IMG/VR virus record: IMGVR_UViG_3300009506_000003
Coordinates: 68,594-132,593 of that record
Origin: a virus
Reading direction: 5' to 3' (one strand)
Length of the DNA: 64,000 nucleotides
Shown: positions 20,126-29,231 of the stretch, one piece after another
How positions within the stretch are numbered: position 1 is the stretch's first letter
How the letters are laid out: every line of letters begins with the position of its first letter
Program-made: the position numbers and the translations under genes
The notes under the pieces: model-generated
What the model was told of the DNA's origin: nothing
The model's input: the letters and a program-made list of their open reading frames with translations, nothing else
Databases searched by the model: none

Positions 20126-20564
20126 CAGATCCTCATGTGCCTACGTGTCTTCCTCATCGCCTCCGCCTTGCGTGTCCGCTCTTCGCTTCTACGCAACTGC
20201 GACTGCAATCTCCGCACTCTCGAGTCGTTCGCCATCCAGAGCGGCTTGACACGGAATGCAACGTGAGAGGCCCACTGCTTGAGAGCAGCCTTGGCCAACT
20301 CGGACCTCTTGCCCTTCTCCGCCTCGAGGAAGGGGAACATCGTGTTCTTGTAGTTGAGGAGAGCTTTCTCGATGCCCTCCATATTGTCCTTCGCTGAGCC
20401 CACAACGGACGCGACGATGGCCTCCGTCTGGAACAGCTCGGCCTCCCGCCTCCGGGTAGCGATCAACAGGAAGATTGACTCCAGCAGACTTCCCGGCTCC
20501 GGAGGCGAAGTAGCCAGGTCGTAGAGCATGTGGGCTCGTGCCCATCCTGATGGAGTCTCTATCC
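20125..20564 (-). CDS. -1 frame extension of the upstream gene (GT-type tail assembly chaperone, C-terminal part)
   Basis: The -1 frame is open from the slippery A AAA AAT through KWIETPSGWARAH into the 134-aa ORF; the internal ATG has no clear RBS. Confidence 0.65.
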
Positions 20565-21749
20565 ATTTTTTAGGACATCCACCGTGAAGAGTTTGTCGAC
20601 ACGATCTTGGAACCAGATGGACTGCACCGAAAAGTCAGCCACCAACTGCACCGGGAACGACGCGATGTGGAACATCTTCTTCTCGAAGTCTTCCTTCACG
20701 ATGTCCTCGGTCATCTTCCCGACATCTTTGCGATGGTCGGGTAGGTACTTCCCGTTGATGGCCACGATACCGCACGTCAAGCGGCAGGTGTTGACGAGCT
20801 CCTGCGTGTAGAGAGCGGAACCCGGGTAGTCGTAGATGTACTTCAAGATCCAGATGTTCTCCCTCTGGTTGAAAGTACGAAGGGTGACTGAGAGCTTCCC
20901 CGGGATGATGGGGATTTCTTGCTGGATCTCTTTCTTCATGACCATGTCGGTGATGTCGAGATCCTTGAGACGCTTCTCGATTGCCTCTCGGCGCTCCTTG
21001 CTCATCAGGCCAGTACGGATGTCGGCAATGGTTGCCATGTCCATACCGTCCAACGGTGAGTCCGGCTCGAAGTCGAGCTCAGCCTCGGCGAGCTCGTCTC
21101 TTGTCTCCTCGGCCACGGACTTCTTGCTGCTGCCGGCGGTAGGGCCGGGCTCTTCCCCGCGGTTGTCCAGTGGTGGTGCTTCTTCATGCTGGGCGGCGTC
21201 AACGTTCTCTTGTGCCATTTTCAATGCCTGTACTGTCTCGGGTGAAAAGTTGGACCTCGCCTGCGCCATGTCGTTGGCCTGACGCAGGGAGATCGGACCA
21301 TTTGTCTGACCTCGAGCCATTGCCTGGTTGCCCGGGTACGCCGACCCCACGCCTGTTGGAGGTTTGGGGTTCGGTTTCGGCTTCAAGTCAGGGGGCTCAC
21401 GCATGTCCTCTGGCACGCTCTCAAAGAACTGAGGCTGTGCCATCCCTCCGTGGAGACCAGCGATGGCTTCCATCTTCTCGCTCGAGGGGGACTCCACATG
21501 GCCCAATGGGGGAGCCTTGCCTTTCAGAGCAGAGGCCTTCTTCTTGTTGGCCACCCGCTGCTGGATGCGCGCCGCGTAGGACCGCGCGCCGGGGTCCGTG
21601 ATCGGTTGGTTCACCTCAGGGTTGAACTCGTTGTCAGCTTCCATCCCCATGATCCTCTGAACGTCCGCGCTCGGGTTGAGCTCGGCGATCTCTTTCTTGG
21701 TGAGCGTCGGCTGTGTTCCAGTCCCGACTTTTGGCCTGTCTATCTTCAC
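20559..21749 (-). CDS. Putative tail assembly chaperone (G-type), 396 aa
   Basis: Ends ...VLKNG* across a canonical slippery heptamer; GAGGGG RBS. Confidence 0.6.
   Translation of the reverse strand: MKIDRPKVGTGTQPTLTKKEIAELNPSADVQRIMGMEADNEFNPEVNQPITDPGARSYAARIQQRVANKKKASALKGKAPPLGHVESPSSEKMEAIAGLHGGMAQPQFFESVPEDMREPPDLKPKPNPKPPTGVGSAYPGNQAMARGQTNGPISLRQANDMAQARSNFSPETVQALKMAQENVDAAQHEEAPPLDNRGEEPGPTAGSSKKSVAEETRDELAEAELDFEPDSPLDGMDMATIADIRTGLMSKERREAIEKRLKDLDITDMVMKKEIQQEIPIIPGKLSVTLRTFNQRENIWILKYIYDYPGSALYTQELVNTCRLTCGIVAINGKYLPDHRKDVGKMTEDIVKEDFEKKMFHIASFPVQLVADFSVQSIWFQDRVDKLFTVDVLKNG
20565..20571 (-). other. -1 ribosomal frameshift slippery site A AAA AAT
   Basis: Minus strand reads GTC CTA AAA AAT GGA TAG; X XXY YYZ in the correct phase. 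Confidence 0.75.
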
Positions 21750-21758
21750 TCGCCCCTC

Positions 21759-22103
21759 CTAGTTCCCTTCAGGTAGCTCATCGAATGCCATGTTCCAGTC
21801 TGGCTCCACGAGCGTGTGTTTGCTGAATCCTCGTGGTACCGCAGATGGAGTCTCCGGACGCAGAGGGCTGTTAGTGATTGGCCAATGAATCTTGCACGGC
21901 CCGCAGTGAACATTCACACCAAGGCGATTTGACACAACACGGCCTTCCCGCCCGCACTTCGGGCAGAGCCGAGCCTTGTCGACGTTGGCGTCCAACTTCG
22001 AGACAGCTTCGAGTGGAGTGGTAGGTATTTCTGGAAGGCTCTCAGGGCCTGTCTTCGGCTTCGGCAGCCCAGTGGGCTTTTGCTTGATGGTCGGCTTAGT
22101 CAT
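21759..22103 (-). CDS. Zn-ribbon hypothetical protein
   Basis: CPKC...CGPC. Confidence 0.6.
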   Translation of the reverse strand: MTKPTIKQKPTGLPKPKTGPESLPEIPTTPLEAVSKLDANVDKARLCPKCGREGRVVSNRLGVNVHCGPCKIHWPITNSPLRPETPSAVPRGFSKHTLVEPDWNMAFDELPEGN

Positions 22104-22554
22104 GGAGGCCCCACTGCTGCTTGGCAGAAAAGGTGAAGACTCCTTGCCCCACCTCTGCCACCTTCGTGGAGAGAGGGCCTATCAGACGTACCGTCGGTTT
22201 GTCTTTACGAAGACGCACAACCATGCCAGCCAACTCTCGGATCATGTCGTCCAAGAGTTTGGGCCAAAGAGTGTCCGTCCAGTTCTCCGCAAGGTTGAGT
22301 GTCACCGAGCTCATGACGACCCAAACCGGTAGAGCGGTGCTGTCCCCCGGGAGGAGCATCTTCACCTCCCCGCTCTCCGTGAGCAGCTTCCTGAAGGAAC
22401 GCTTCGAGCATCGGGCGAAGACGTTCTCTGCAACCTCTTTGCTGTGCTGGAGCGCCTCGAACACCTGAGAAAAGTCGTACTTGTCCTCGGTCTTTTCCGC
22501 TGCGGCCTCGTCCAGAGGGTCAGATTCGAATGTGGTGACGACCTTCGTTGTCAT
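22096..22554 (-). CDS. Hypothetical protein
   Basis: ORF preceded by TTGACA-N17-TAGACC. Confidence 0.6.
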   Translation of the reverse strand: MTTKVVTTFESDPLDEAAAEKTEDKYDFSQVFEALQHSKEVAENVFARCSKRSFRKLLTESGEVKMLLPGDSTALPVWVVMSSVTLNLAENWTDTLWPKLLDDMIRELAGMVVRLRKDKPTVRLIGPLSTKVAEVGQGVFTFSAKQQWGLHD

Positions 22555-22586
22555 AAAGGAAGGTCTACATATAAACTACATAGGTG

Positions 22587-22838
22587 TCAAGACACACCCT
22601 TCGCAGGTTTTCCGGTAGGCAATTTTTGCTTCTGGGACTGGGGTGCGGCAATCTTCCCCGCAGCGTCGAAGCGGCTCCCACAAGCAGCACACGAGAATTC
22701 GTTCCCGTCCTTGGTCACGAGCTCTGGCTCAGAGTTCATGCAGACAGGACACTGAGCTCTCCAGCCTTTCCGTCGGCACCAGTAGCATCCTTGGCCTTGG
22801 CACTTGGGGCACTTCTGTTGTCCGTCTTGCAAACGCAT
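22587..22838 (-). CDS. Cys-rich Zn-finger protein
   Basis: Four CxxC motifs. Confidence 0.55.
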   Translation of the reverse strand: MRLQDGQQKCPKCQGQGCYWCRRKGWRAQCPVCMNSEPELVTKDGNEFSCAACGSRFDAAGKIAAPQSQKQKLPTGKPAKGVS

Positions 22839-22869
22839 GGCTAAAAAGAGAGCCCGTGTGGACTCTCTT
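22839..22869 (-). terminator. Intrinsic terminator after recA-like gene
   Basis: AAGAGAGTCC-ACAC-GGGCTCTCTT followed by TTTAGCC. Confidence 0.75.
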
Positions 22870-22874
22870 GAGGC

Positions 22875-23786
22875 TTACGCCCGTTGCTGGACCTCGTCAA
22901 GGATGACTCTTGCGAGCTCCGGATTCATCTCCAAGATCGCAGTCGCTTCTCCTTCTCCTCTTCCAAGGCTCTCGTCTCCCCACATGTACCAAGGACCAGC
23001 CTGCACAATGACCCCGGCGTCACGCGCGACTCGAATGAGGTCTCGAAGAGTGTCCACTCCCGATCCTTTCACGAAGGGCAACGAGATGATCGATGCTGGC
23101 CTCGAGTAGACGTTGGCTACTACGTTCACCTGCATCGTGAACGTGTGGTCTGTGACTTCCGTTCTGCTCAGCTCCAGGCGAGTACTGAACCTGTCGATGA
23201 TCTTCCGGGCAGCGGAATCGATGTCCCCGTCCACGAAGAACTTGTCGGGCTTGATGCTTCTCCGAGTCCGAATCTGGTTCGTCATCACGATGCACGACCC
23301 ACGTCCCAAGAAAGGAAGCGCCACCTCCAAAAAGGTGTCCACCATCAAGTTCCATTCACCAAACTCGTCTTCCTTGGGCCGCATGGACGTAGCTGAATCG
23401 ATTGCCAAGATGCAAGGCACGTCCTGGTGGAGCTCCAAGAACTTGCAGGCTCCAGCGAGTACGTCCTCCCCGTAGTTCCCTGTGATGAGGAGCAGCCGAT
23501 TGAGGTCGATGTCGAAGACCCTCATGTACGGAATGTCCAAGTACTCGGTTGGGCACAAGGCCGCAGCCAACCCAGCGCGTTGAGCGGTACCGACGATCTC
23601 GTACAACAAGGACGTCTTCCCTGCTGAAGCCGGGCCGTAGATCTCAATGGCGCCGGCAGGAAGGGCCCCACCAATCTCTCTGTCCAGGCTCACGATTCCA
23701 GTAGCGGTGCTGAAGTCCAATGCTGGAGACCGCTTCACTCCCCAAGCCTTCACGACGTCCTCGATACCCTCATCAACGATGCCCAT
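22875..23786 (-). CDS. recA: RecA-like recombinase
   Basis: TGIVSLD..IGG.LP.G.IEIYGPASAGKT (Walker A), IDS (Walker B), NQIR, and G.I.QAG.WY...LGRG C-terminal motif. Confidence 0.85.
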   Translation of the reverse strand: MGIVDEGIEDVVKAWGVKRSPALDFSTATGIVSLDREIGGALPAGAIEIYGPASAGKTSLLYEIVGTAQRAGLAAALCPTEYLDIPYMRVFDIDLNRLLLITGNYGEDVLAGACKFLELHQDVPCILAIDSATSMRPKEDEFGEWNLMVDTFLEVALPFLGRGSCIVMTNQIRTRRSIKPDKFFVDGDIDSAARKIIDRFSTRLELSRTEVTDHTFTMQVNVVANVYSRPASIISLPFVKGSGVDTLRDLIRVARDAGVIVQAGPWYMWGDESLGRGEGEATAILEMNPELARVILDEVQQRA

Positions 23787-23815
23787 GGCTAATCCTCCAA
23801 GTTCGGTTCGCCACT

Positions 23816-23851
23816 CTTATGCCGAAAGACCAACGACTTTCTCGTCATAAG
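23816..23851. promoter_or_regulatory. Overlapping divergent pair of AAA-N17-19-ATAAG promoters
   Basis: Minus: AAA(23838-40)...GGCATAAG toward recA. Plus: AAA(23825-27)...GTCATAAG toward the 23909 gene. Confidence 0.6.
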
Positions 23852-23908
23852 GGTCCTGAAGGTATCCGTCTATCTTCACTAACCCTCAGGCAGAAAGAAA
23901 GGTCCCAC

Positions 23909-24460
23909 ATGGAAGCTGAGAAAATTCAAGCGTTGCTATCAGTATCACCAACCAAGCTCGAGAAGGTGGCCGAGCGAATCGAGATTCCCCTACCCCTGGC
24001 CAGGGAGATGCGTGTCCAAGCATTGAATCTGATGCTGGGGAAGTGCGTGCTGTGTGAAACGCCCACCCCGATGGGTCTTTGCACGTCCTGCAGAAGGAAC
24101 ACAGGAGGGAAGCCCATCCTGCGGACCACTCGGGAGAAGATTCTCCGCAAGCTCGACCCGAAAGCGGTCCTCATTCGACGTCCGTGCGCCACGTGCGGCA
24201 ACGAGTTCACTCAGACTGTCGACGCCATCATTCGCAACCTGCTCAACTTTGGCCGACCTCACATCGCGAAGAGCTGCAGGAAGTGCAGAGGCAAGAAGAG
24301 GAAGATGTCGGCGCTCGATCAACCGAAAGAAAGGAGGAAGAGGAAGCCCGCCGGCGACGGCCATATCGTCAATCAACCGTTCGCAGAGAGCGAAGTGCTC
24401 GCTCAGATGCGTTCCAACCTGCAGTCGCAGGAAAACCCCGGAAACAAAGCGAAAAAGTGA
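23909..24460 (+). CDS. Zn-finger protein
   Basis: Four CxxC motifs; own promoter. Confidence 0.6.
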   Translation: MEAEKIQALLSVSPTKLEKVAERIEIPLPLAREMRVQALNLMLGKCVLCETPTPMGLCTSCRRNTGGKPILRTTREKILRKLDPKAVLIRRPCATCGNEFTQTVDAIIRNLLNFGRPHIAKSCRKCRGKKRKMSALDQPKERRKRKPAGDGHIVNQPFAESEVLAQMRSNLQSQENPGNKAKK

Positions 24461-24569
24461 AAAAACACGCTCCTACCTGTGGATAAGAATTGTGGTGGAA
24501 AAGGAACGCAGGTCGGCGACCTTTGAAGCCAAGTCTCTGTCAGGCAGAAGCCAGAAAACGAGGTCTAAG

Positions 24570-24851
24570 ATGTTCACTCAGCAGCAAGTCCAGGAAGTGA
24601 TGGACAAGTACTACACCGCCAACGACGCCAAGGGGCAGGCCGAGGTCTTGAAGAACAACAAGGAGTTGCTCAAGGCCGCCAACCTCCGCGACCGCAAGCT
24701 CGGCCGCGTCGGGTTGCCGTTCTCGACCAAGCTCGACGACCGGACGGACGAGATCCCGTTCCTCGCCGGCCTCAAGAAGGCCGTGGTCTACATCGGGTCG
24801 GGTGTCGGCACCGTCCTCGGCGTGACGAAGCTCGTCCGCTGGATCTTCTAG
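24570..24851 (+). CDS. Hypothetical protein with hydrophobic C-terminus
   Basis: Strong codon bias; GAGG RBS; ATAAG promoter at 24483. Confidence 0.65.
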   Translation: MFTQQQVQEVMDKYYTANDAKGQAEVLKNNKELLKAANLRDRKLGRVGLPFSTKLDDRTDEIPFLAGLKKAVVYIGSGVGTVLGVTKLVRWIF

Positions 24852-25156
24852 GAAGACTCAACACACAGTACTGGCCGTTGGCCCTCGTCAGGCGGAAGCC
24901 TGGCGAGGCCCTTCGGGTAAAAAATCAGGTTTTTCTTTTCGGTATAAGAATCTTGGAAGCTAGGAGTACCCCTTCTCGTTCATGGCCAAAAAAAGAAGAC
25001 TGAAGAGCTACGAGAAGGAGGGACCTCATGAGCTTTCTGCCTGAGAGCGGGTAGGGTCGAGCTTCGGCTCGGCCCTACTCCAGGCAGGCACGATTGTTTT
25101 TTAGCTCCCGCGCTTCTAGTATGGGTGAAGGCCACGTACTCGAACGGGAGACTGTG

Positions 25157-25417
25157 ATGAAGATAGAGCCTACCCAGGACGCGCCGCTGGTGCTCAACAT
25201 GAATGCGGTCCAGCGCGTCTACCAGAATGTAGTGGTAGACGATGAAGTCGATGAGGACGACAACGAAGTCGTGCTCAAGATGCAAGCCACCAAGGATTTC
25301 AAGAAGAAGCTCAACGCAGTTGCACATCGGCTCCTCACCATCAGCATCCAACGAGCAGTAGAAGACGGAAGGAACACAATCTGGGTGGAAGACCTGCCCG
25401 AGATACAGGAGGTGTGA
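25157..25417 (+). CDS. Histone-fold protein (bacterial histone-like)
   Basis: MQATKDFKKKLNAVAHRLLTISIQRAVEDGRNTIWVEDL matches histone alpha2-L2-alpha3 (R-x-T-I...D); GGGAG RBS. Confidence 0.65.
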   Translation: MKIEPTQDAPLVLNMNAVQRVYQNVVVDDEVDEDDNEVVLKMQATKDFKKKLNAVAHRLLTISIQRAVEDGRNTIWVEDLPEIQEV

Positions 25418-25448
25418 CCTGAGCGAGTGGAAAGCGTGCTCGGGGACG

Positions 25449-25766
25449 ATGTCAGACGGTCGCCGGCACTGCTACTACCGCGCAGTCACACAGCTCAACG
25501 GTAGATGGTACTGCAGGAAGTGCTTCCGCCAACGGATAGCCAAACCCAAGCCGTCTCCCAAGCCAAAGAAAAAGTCAGCAGTCATCAACCCCGCCGGGCG
25601 CATTCCCGACAAAGACTTGCTGAAGCTCTACAGGAACGTTCGTCGATACCAGGAGTCCGGAGGCACCATGGATGTCTACAGCTCCAAAGTCCTCATCAAC
25701 GAAATCGTTCCTGCCCTGCTACTCGAAGTGATGCGGCTTCGAGGTATCGAACTGCCAGAGGGTTGA
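25449..25766 (+). CDS. Hypothetical protein
   Basis: ORF track. Confidence 0.55.
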   Translation: MSDGRRHCYYRAVTQLNGRWYCRKCFRQRIAKPKPSPKPKKKSAVINPAGRIPDKDLLKLYRNVRRYQESGGTMDVYSSKVLINEIVPALLLEVMRLRGIELPEG

Positions 25767-26016
25767 GGTATGCCTCTCAGGCAAGGAGTCCAACATGCCT
25801 TTTCACATTTGAGCAAACGAGATCATGGCGGTCGCCATGACACTTCCGTTCATCGGGTGGATCTTCCATTGGGTCCGTCACAAACTGAAAGGACAAAAGC
25901 CATGTTCCGATTTGGAAAACGAGGGATCGTGTTCGTTGGGTCAGTGCGAGCATTCCGAAGAGCACTCCGAGATCTACGATCCGCTCGACCCGGGATGACG
26001 CTGCTCGAGTACTGCA

Positions 26017-26355
26017 ATGAGCACACTTCCTGAAGGCTACTCTCCTGAGTCCTGCCACTGGTGCTACCAGGGAGACATGCTTGTCGGAGAGTCATCCTTC
26101 CACCGGCAGGAATGGTGTGTTCAGTGCGGTACGGTTCGCGTCTGGTTCGACAGGACAGGGTGGTCCTACCAGGTATCTGACCTGGCCCGCGCGCACCCAT
26201 GCGCCGGTGAGGGTCAGTTCCTGAGTGAGGTGCCCTCCCGAGCTCTACCTCCCCTCCGCAAGAGGAGACTTGGCAGAGGCCTCAAGGATCTGCTGCCACA
26301 TGCAGGGTCCACTGTCATTCGAGGGCTCTTCCCTATTCCAGGAAAGAAGCCCTGA
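26017..26355 (+). CDS. Hypothetical protein
   Basis: ORF track. Confidence 0.5.
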   Translation: MSTLPEGYSPESCHWCYQGDMLVGESSFHRQEWCVQCGTVRVWFDRTGWSYQVSDLARAHPCAGEGQFLSEVPSRALPPLRKRRLGRGLKDLLPHAGSTVIRGLFPIPGKKP

Positions 26356-26472
26356 CCCTCTTTTCGTCATAAGAATCATGGAGCGGGATTGGACACCCCG
26401 CGCCATAACTGTGGGGTCGGCTGCTGCTTTGGCTATGAGCAGTCGGCCCCACGCAACTCTCAGGAGAACATC

Positions 26473-26685
26473 ATGGATGCAGAAGTCCAAGCGGCAGTTG
26501 ACTCTGCCAGAAGTGCACAGAAACGCTCGTTGGAAACCACGAAGGCTCAGGTAGCAGAGGCTCTCGAAGCTCTGCCCTCGAGGATCCGAACGTACCGCTC
26601 CATCGACCTTGCCCACGAGCTCGACCGCGTGTCCGATCTTCTCAAGAAGCAACACTGGGCCAAGGAATGGCTGAGGGAGGAATAG
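26473..26685 (+). CDS. Hypothetical protein
   Basis: AGGAG RBS; ATAAG promoter at 26369 and a hairpin leader. Confidence 0.6.
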   Translation: MDAEVQAAVDSARSAQKRSLETTKAQVAEALEALPSRIRTYRSIDLAHELDRVSDLLKKQHWAKEWLREE

Positions 26686-26687
26686 CT

Positions 26688-28091
26688 GTGGAGTTCACCC
26701 ACTTCGAACGGGTCATGAAGGATACCCTGCGGTACGACCAGGAAGGTCGCGCGTTCGCTCGCAAGGCCGTCGCGGAAGGCAAGCCGTCGGAGATGTTCTA
26801 CGACTTCTTGAAGGGGCACAAGGATCGGTTGAGGGAAGCGGCCAAGTCCGAGGCCGCCCTCATCCGAACACTTTTACCCCTCAACGGTCGGGCAATGATG
26901 ATCGCCCATCACATCACCAAGGAGCTGCTCAAGCTCCAGGAGGACGAGTACTCTTTCGAGGAGCTGACCAAGCACCCCGACTACGCCACCGTGGTGGGGA
27001 TCGCCAGCGTCTCCAAGGATGAGCTCGTCATCAACTCCTCGGGCAACATGTACTTCCACATGGCCGCGCACGACAAAGCGGGCCTCAAAGTCTACGAGCC
27101 GAGCGTCGGGTTGGCAGAACAGCTTCGGCACACGGAGCTCCGAGGCCTTGAAGTCGATAACCTCGAGCTACCCCACCGAAGCATCTACCTGAAGGTCCCC
27201 TCCTCAGCAGACCTGAAGATCTGGAACGACGAGTCCGGGTGGCACTCCGTCATTGGGATATACGTGGTGGAGGAGCGCAGAGAAGGTACCCGTTCATGGA
27301 GGTTCTTGGTCTGCGGGGAGACGAAACCCATCAAGGTGGCGCAGGGTATCTACGATGACAACGACGCCCTGGTCTACTTCAACGTTCCGCTTCCAGAGGG
27401 GATGCGACTCGACGAGGCTCTCGCCACCACCCAAGAAGAGGTCATCCGAAATGTCGAGGACCTAAGAAAAAGAGGCAAGGACAGTTTCGGTCCCATGCTC
27501 GACGAGTGGCAGGACATCTTCCGGTGGGCAATGAACGTCATGCTCTACCTGACGCTGGACTCTGCAGAGGTCGAGGAGGTCATCACCAACAAGGAGGCGC
27601 GGCAGCTCCTCGAGCGCATCAAGAAGCTGGACCCAAGGTCCAAGAAGCGTCGGAACTTGAATGGGAGGCTCGGCAAGATCCGCCCGTACAAGCGCATCAT
27701 CCTGGGACGCTCCATCGCCCGCCGGGGCGGCTGGGAGCTCATGGTACGTGTCCAAGTCCGAGGGCACTGGAGAAACCAACCTCACGGTCCTGGGCGCATG
27801 TACCGGCGCCTTCAGTGGATCGAGCCGTACTGGAAAGGACCCGAAGATGGCTCATTGGCAGGAACAACTACCGAAGTGGCATCCGCTGCATCGGAGAAAG
27901 GAACAAGAGATGATCAGTCCCGGAACGGAGAGGGCTCTCCAGTCTTTGAGCGAACGGCTACCCTCCCAACTGAAGGGGTTGACCGAGGCGATCACTACGT
28001 TGTCCGAACTGGTAAAACAGGCAGCGGACAAGGCAGCTCTCGACTTCGAGACCCCAGGCGCCAAGCCAGTGGTGCTGCATCTGACGAGTGA
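26688..28091 (+). CDS. Hypothetical phage protein with VRGHWR motif
   Basis: GGAGG RBS; C-terminal VRGHWRNQPHG...WIEPYWKG. Confidence 0.7.
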   Translation: MEFTHFERVMKDTLRYDQEGRAFARKAVAEGKPSEMFYDFLKGHKDRLREAAKSEAALIRTLLPLNGRAMMIAHHITKELLKLQEDEYSFEELTKHPDYATVVGIASVSKDELVINSSGNMYFHMAAHDKAGLKVYEPSVGLAEQLRHTELRGLEVDNLELPHRSIYLKVPSSADLKIWNDESGWHSVIGIYVVEERREGTRSWRFLVCGETKPIKVAQGIYDDNDALVYFNVPLPEGMRLDEALATTQEEVIRNVEDLRKRGKDSFGPMLDEWQDIFRWAMNVMLYLTLDSAEVEEVITNKEARQLLERIKKLDPRSKKRRNLNGRLGKIRPYKRIILGRSIARRGGWELMVRVQVRGHWRNQPHGPGRMYRRLQWIEPYWKGPEDGSLAGTTTEVASAASEKGTRDDQSRNGEGSPVFERTATLPTEGVDRGDHYVVRTGKTGSGQGSSRLRDPRRQASGAASDE

Positions 28092-28266
28092 CGAGTGGAC
28101 TGAGTTGGTGGCGTCCATCGACTCCAAAGCGGCCTTGGCCGAGCGCGGGGACTACGGGGAAGAAGACCCTGAAGAAGACTTCGACCCGAAGAAGTGGTCC
28201 GAGGACCTTGAAGCCTTGAGCTCCAAGGTCCAAGAACAGCTCCACAGTCAGAACGTCAGTTTTTGA
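27910..28266 (+). CDS. Hypothetical protein
   Basis: AAGGA RBS; ends at a terminator. Confidence 0.6.
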   Translation: MISPGTERALQSLSERLPSQLKGLTEAITTLSELVKQAADKAALDFETPGAKPVVLHLTSDEWTELVASIDSKAALAERGDYGEEDPEEDFDPKKWSEDLEALSSKVQEQLHSQNVSF

Positions 28267-28272
28267 GTGAGA

Positions 28273-28306
28273 GGCCGGGGAGAGATCCCCGGCCTTCTCT
28301 TTTAGC
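28273..28306 (+). terminator. Intrinsic terminator between convergent genes
   Basis: GGCCGGGG-AGAGAT-CCCCGGCC then TTCTCTTTTAGC. Confidence 0.75.
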
Positions 28307-29183
28307 CCTTCACGTCCTTCACTGCATCCCTCAACAACTTCTTGTCCTCGTTCTCCTTCTCGATCACCCTGTCCACGAGCTCCTGGTCCGTGTGGATCTC
28401 GAGCACGTCCTCAATAATGTCTCGCAGCGCTGTCGGGGGCAGAGCATCAACCTCCCACGAGCTGTGCCCGTACTTCTCGACGAAGGCTTTCGCCCGGCTA
28501 TCTGATAGCTTCGTGGGATTGGGAGGAGGATTGTACTGCTGGACTTGGTCCATGGTCAGAGCCAGCTTCCGGACTTCAGCGTAGGAGCCGAACATGCTCA
28601 ACCTGTCCTGGATGTCCCGAACCATGTCCTCCCCAGAGGGGTCGAGGTCGCCCAGGTAGAAAATGATCGCGCACTCGGACCCATCCTCTGCCATCTCTCC
28701 TTCGATGCGCTTGGCAGACTCGTACATCGCGCTCGAGCTCGAATACCCACGGTTGACCATGAGGGTGATGTGGAACTTCCTCGCGATGGGGGCAAGCACA
28801 CCGGCGAGAGCATCTTTCTCCACCCAGAGCTCGACGTAGAACTCCTGCCCCTTCCTACGGGGTAGCCGATACGCCCCCAGGGCTCCTTCAACAAGAGTTC
28901 GGATGTTGGGAAACTGAGGCGGCATCTGAGGCTGACGCATCCGGTCTTCGATAGCGTCCCAATCGATGAGCCCAGCGAGACGCCCTTTCGAGATGATGCT
29001 GCCCAGGTTCTTGTACGACTTCTCTTCGTTTGGAATGAGAGCTTTGGACACGAACTGGTAGTAGAGCTGCCTGAGCGTCAGGCGCAAACCTTGCCGGCTG
29101 TAGCTGTAGATGATGTCGTTTGCCTCGTCGATACGAGTCTGAGACTCCGACGAGAACTTCGTCTTCTTGAAGCACTCCTTCAT
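28302..29183 (-). CDS. TOPRIM-domain protein (Topo VI-A/Spo11-like)
   Basis: LTLRQLYY, VEKDAL, RGYSS, YLGDLDPSG and WEVDAL motifs. Confidence 0.75.
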   Translation of the reverse strand: MKECFKKTKFSSESQTRIDEANDIIYSYSRQGLRLTLRQLYYQFVSKALIPNEEKSYKNLGSIISKGRLAGLIDWDAIEDRMRQPQMPPQFPNIRTLVEGALGAYRLPRRKGQEFYVELWVEKDALAGVLAPIARKFHITLMVNRGYSSSSAMYESAKRIEGEMAEDGSECAIIFYLGDLDPSGEDMVRDIQDRLSMFGSYAEVRKLALTMDQVQQYNPPPNPTKLSDSRAKAFVEKYGHSSWEVDALPPTALRDIIEDVLEIHTDQELVDRVIEKENEDKKLLRDAVKDVKG

Positions 29184-29231
29184 GACTGGTCTCCCTGTTC
29201 AAGGTGGTGGCCTCCACCCATATGTGTTGGG

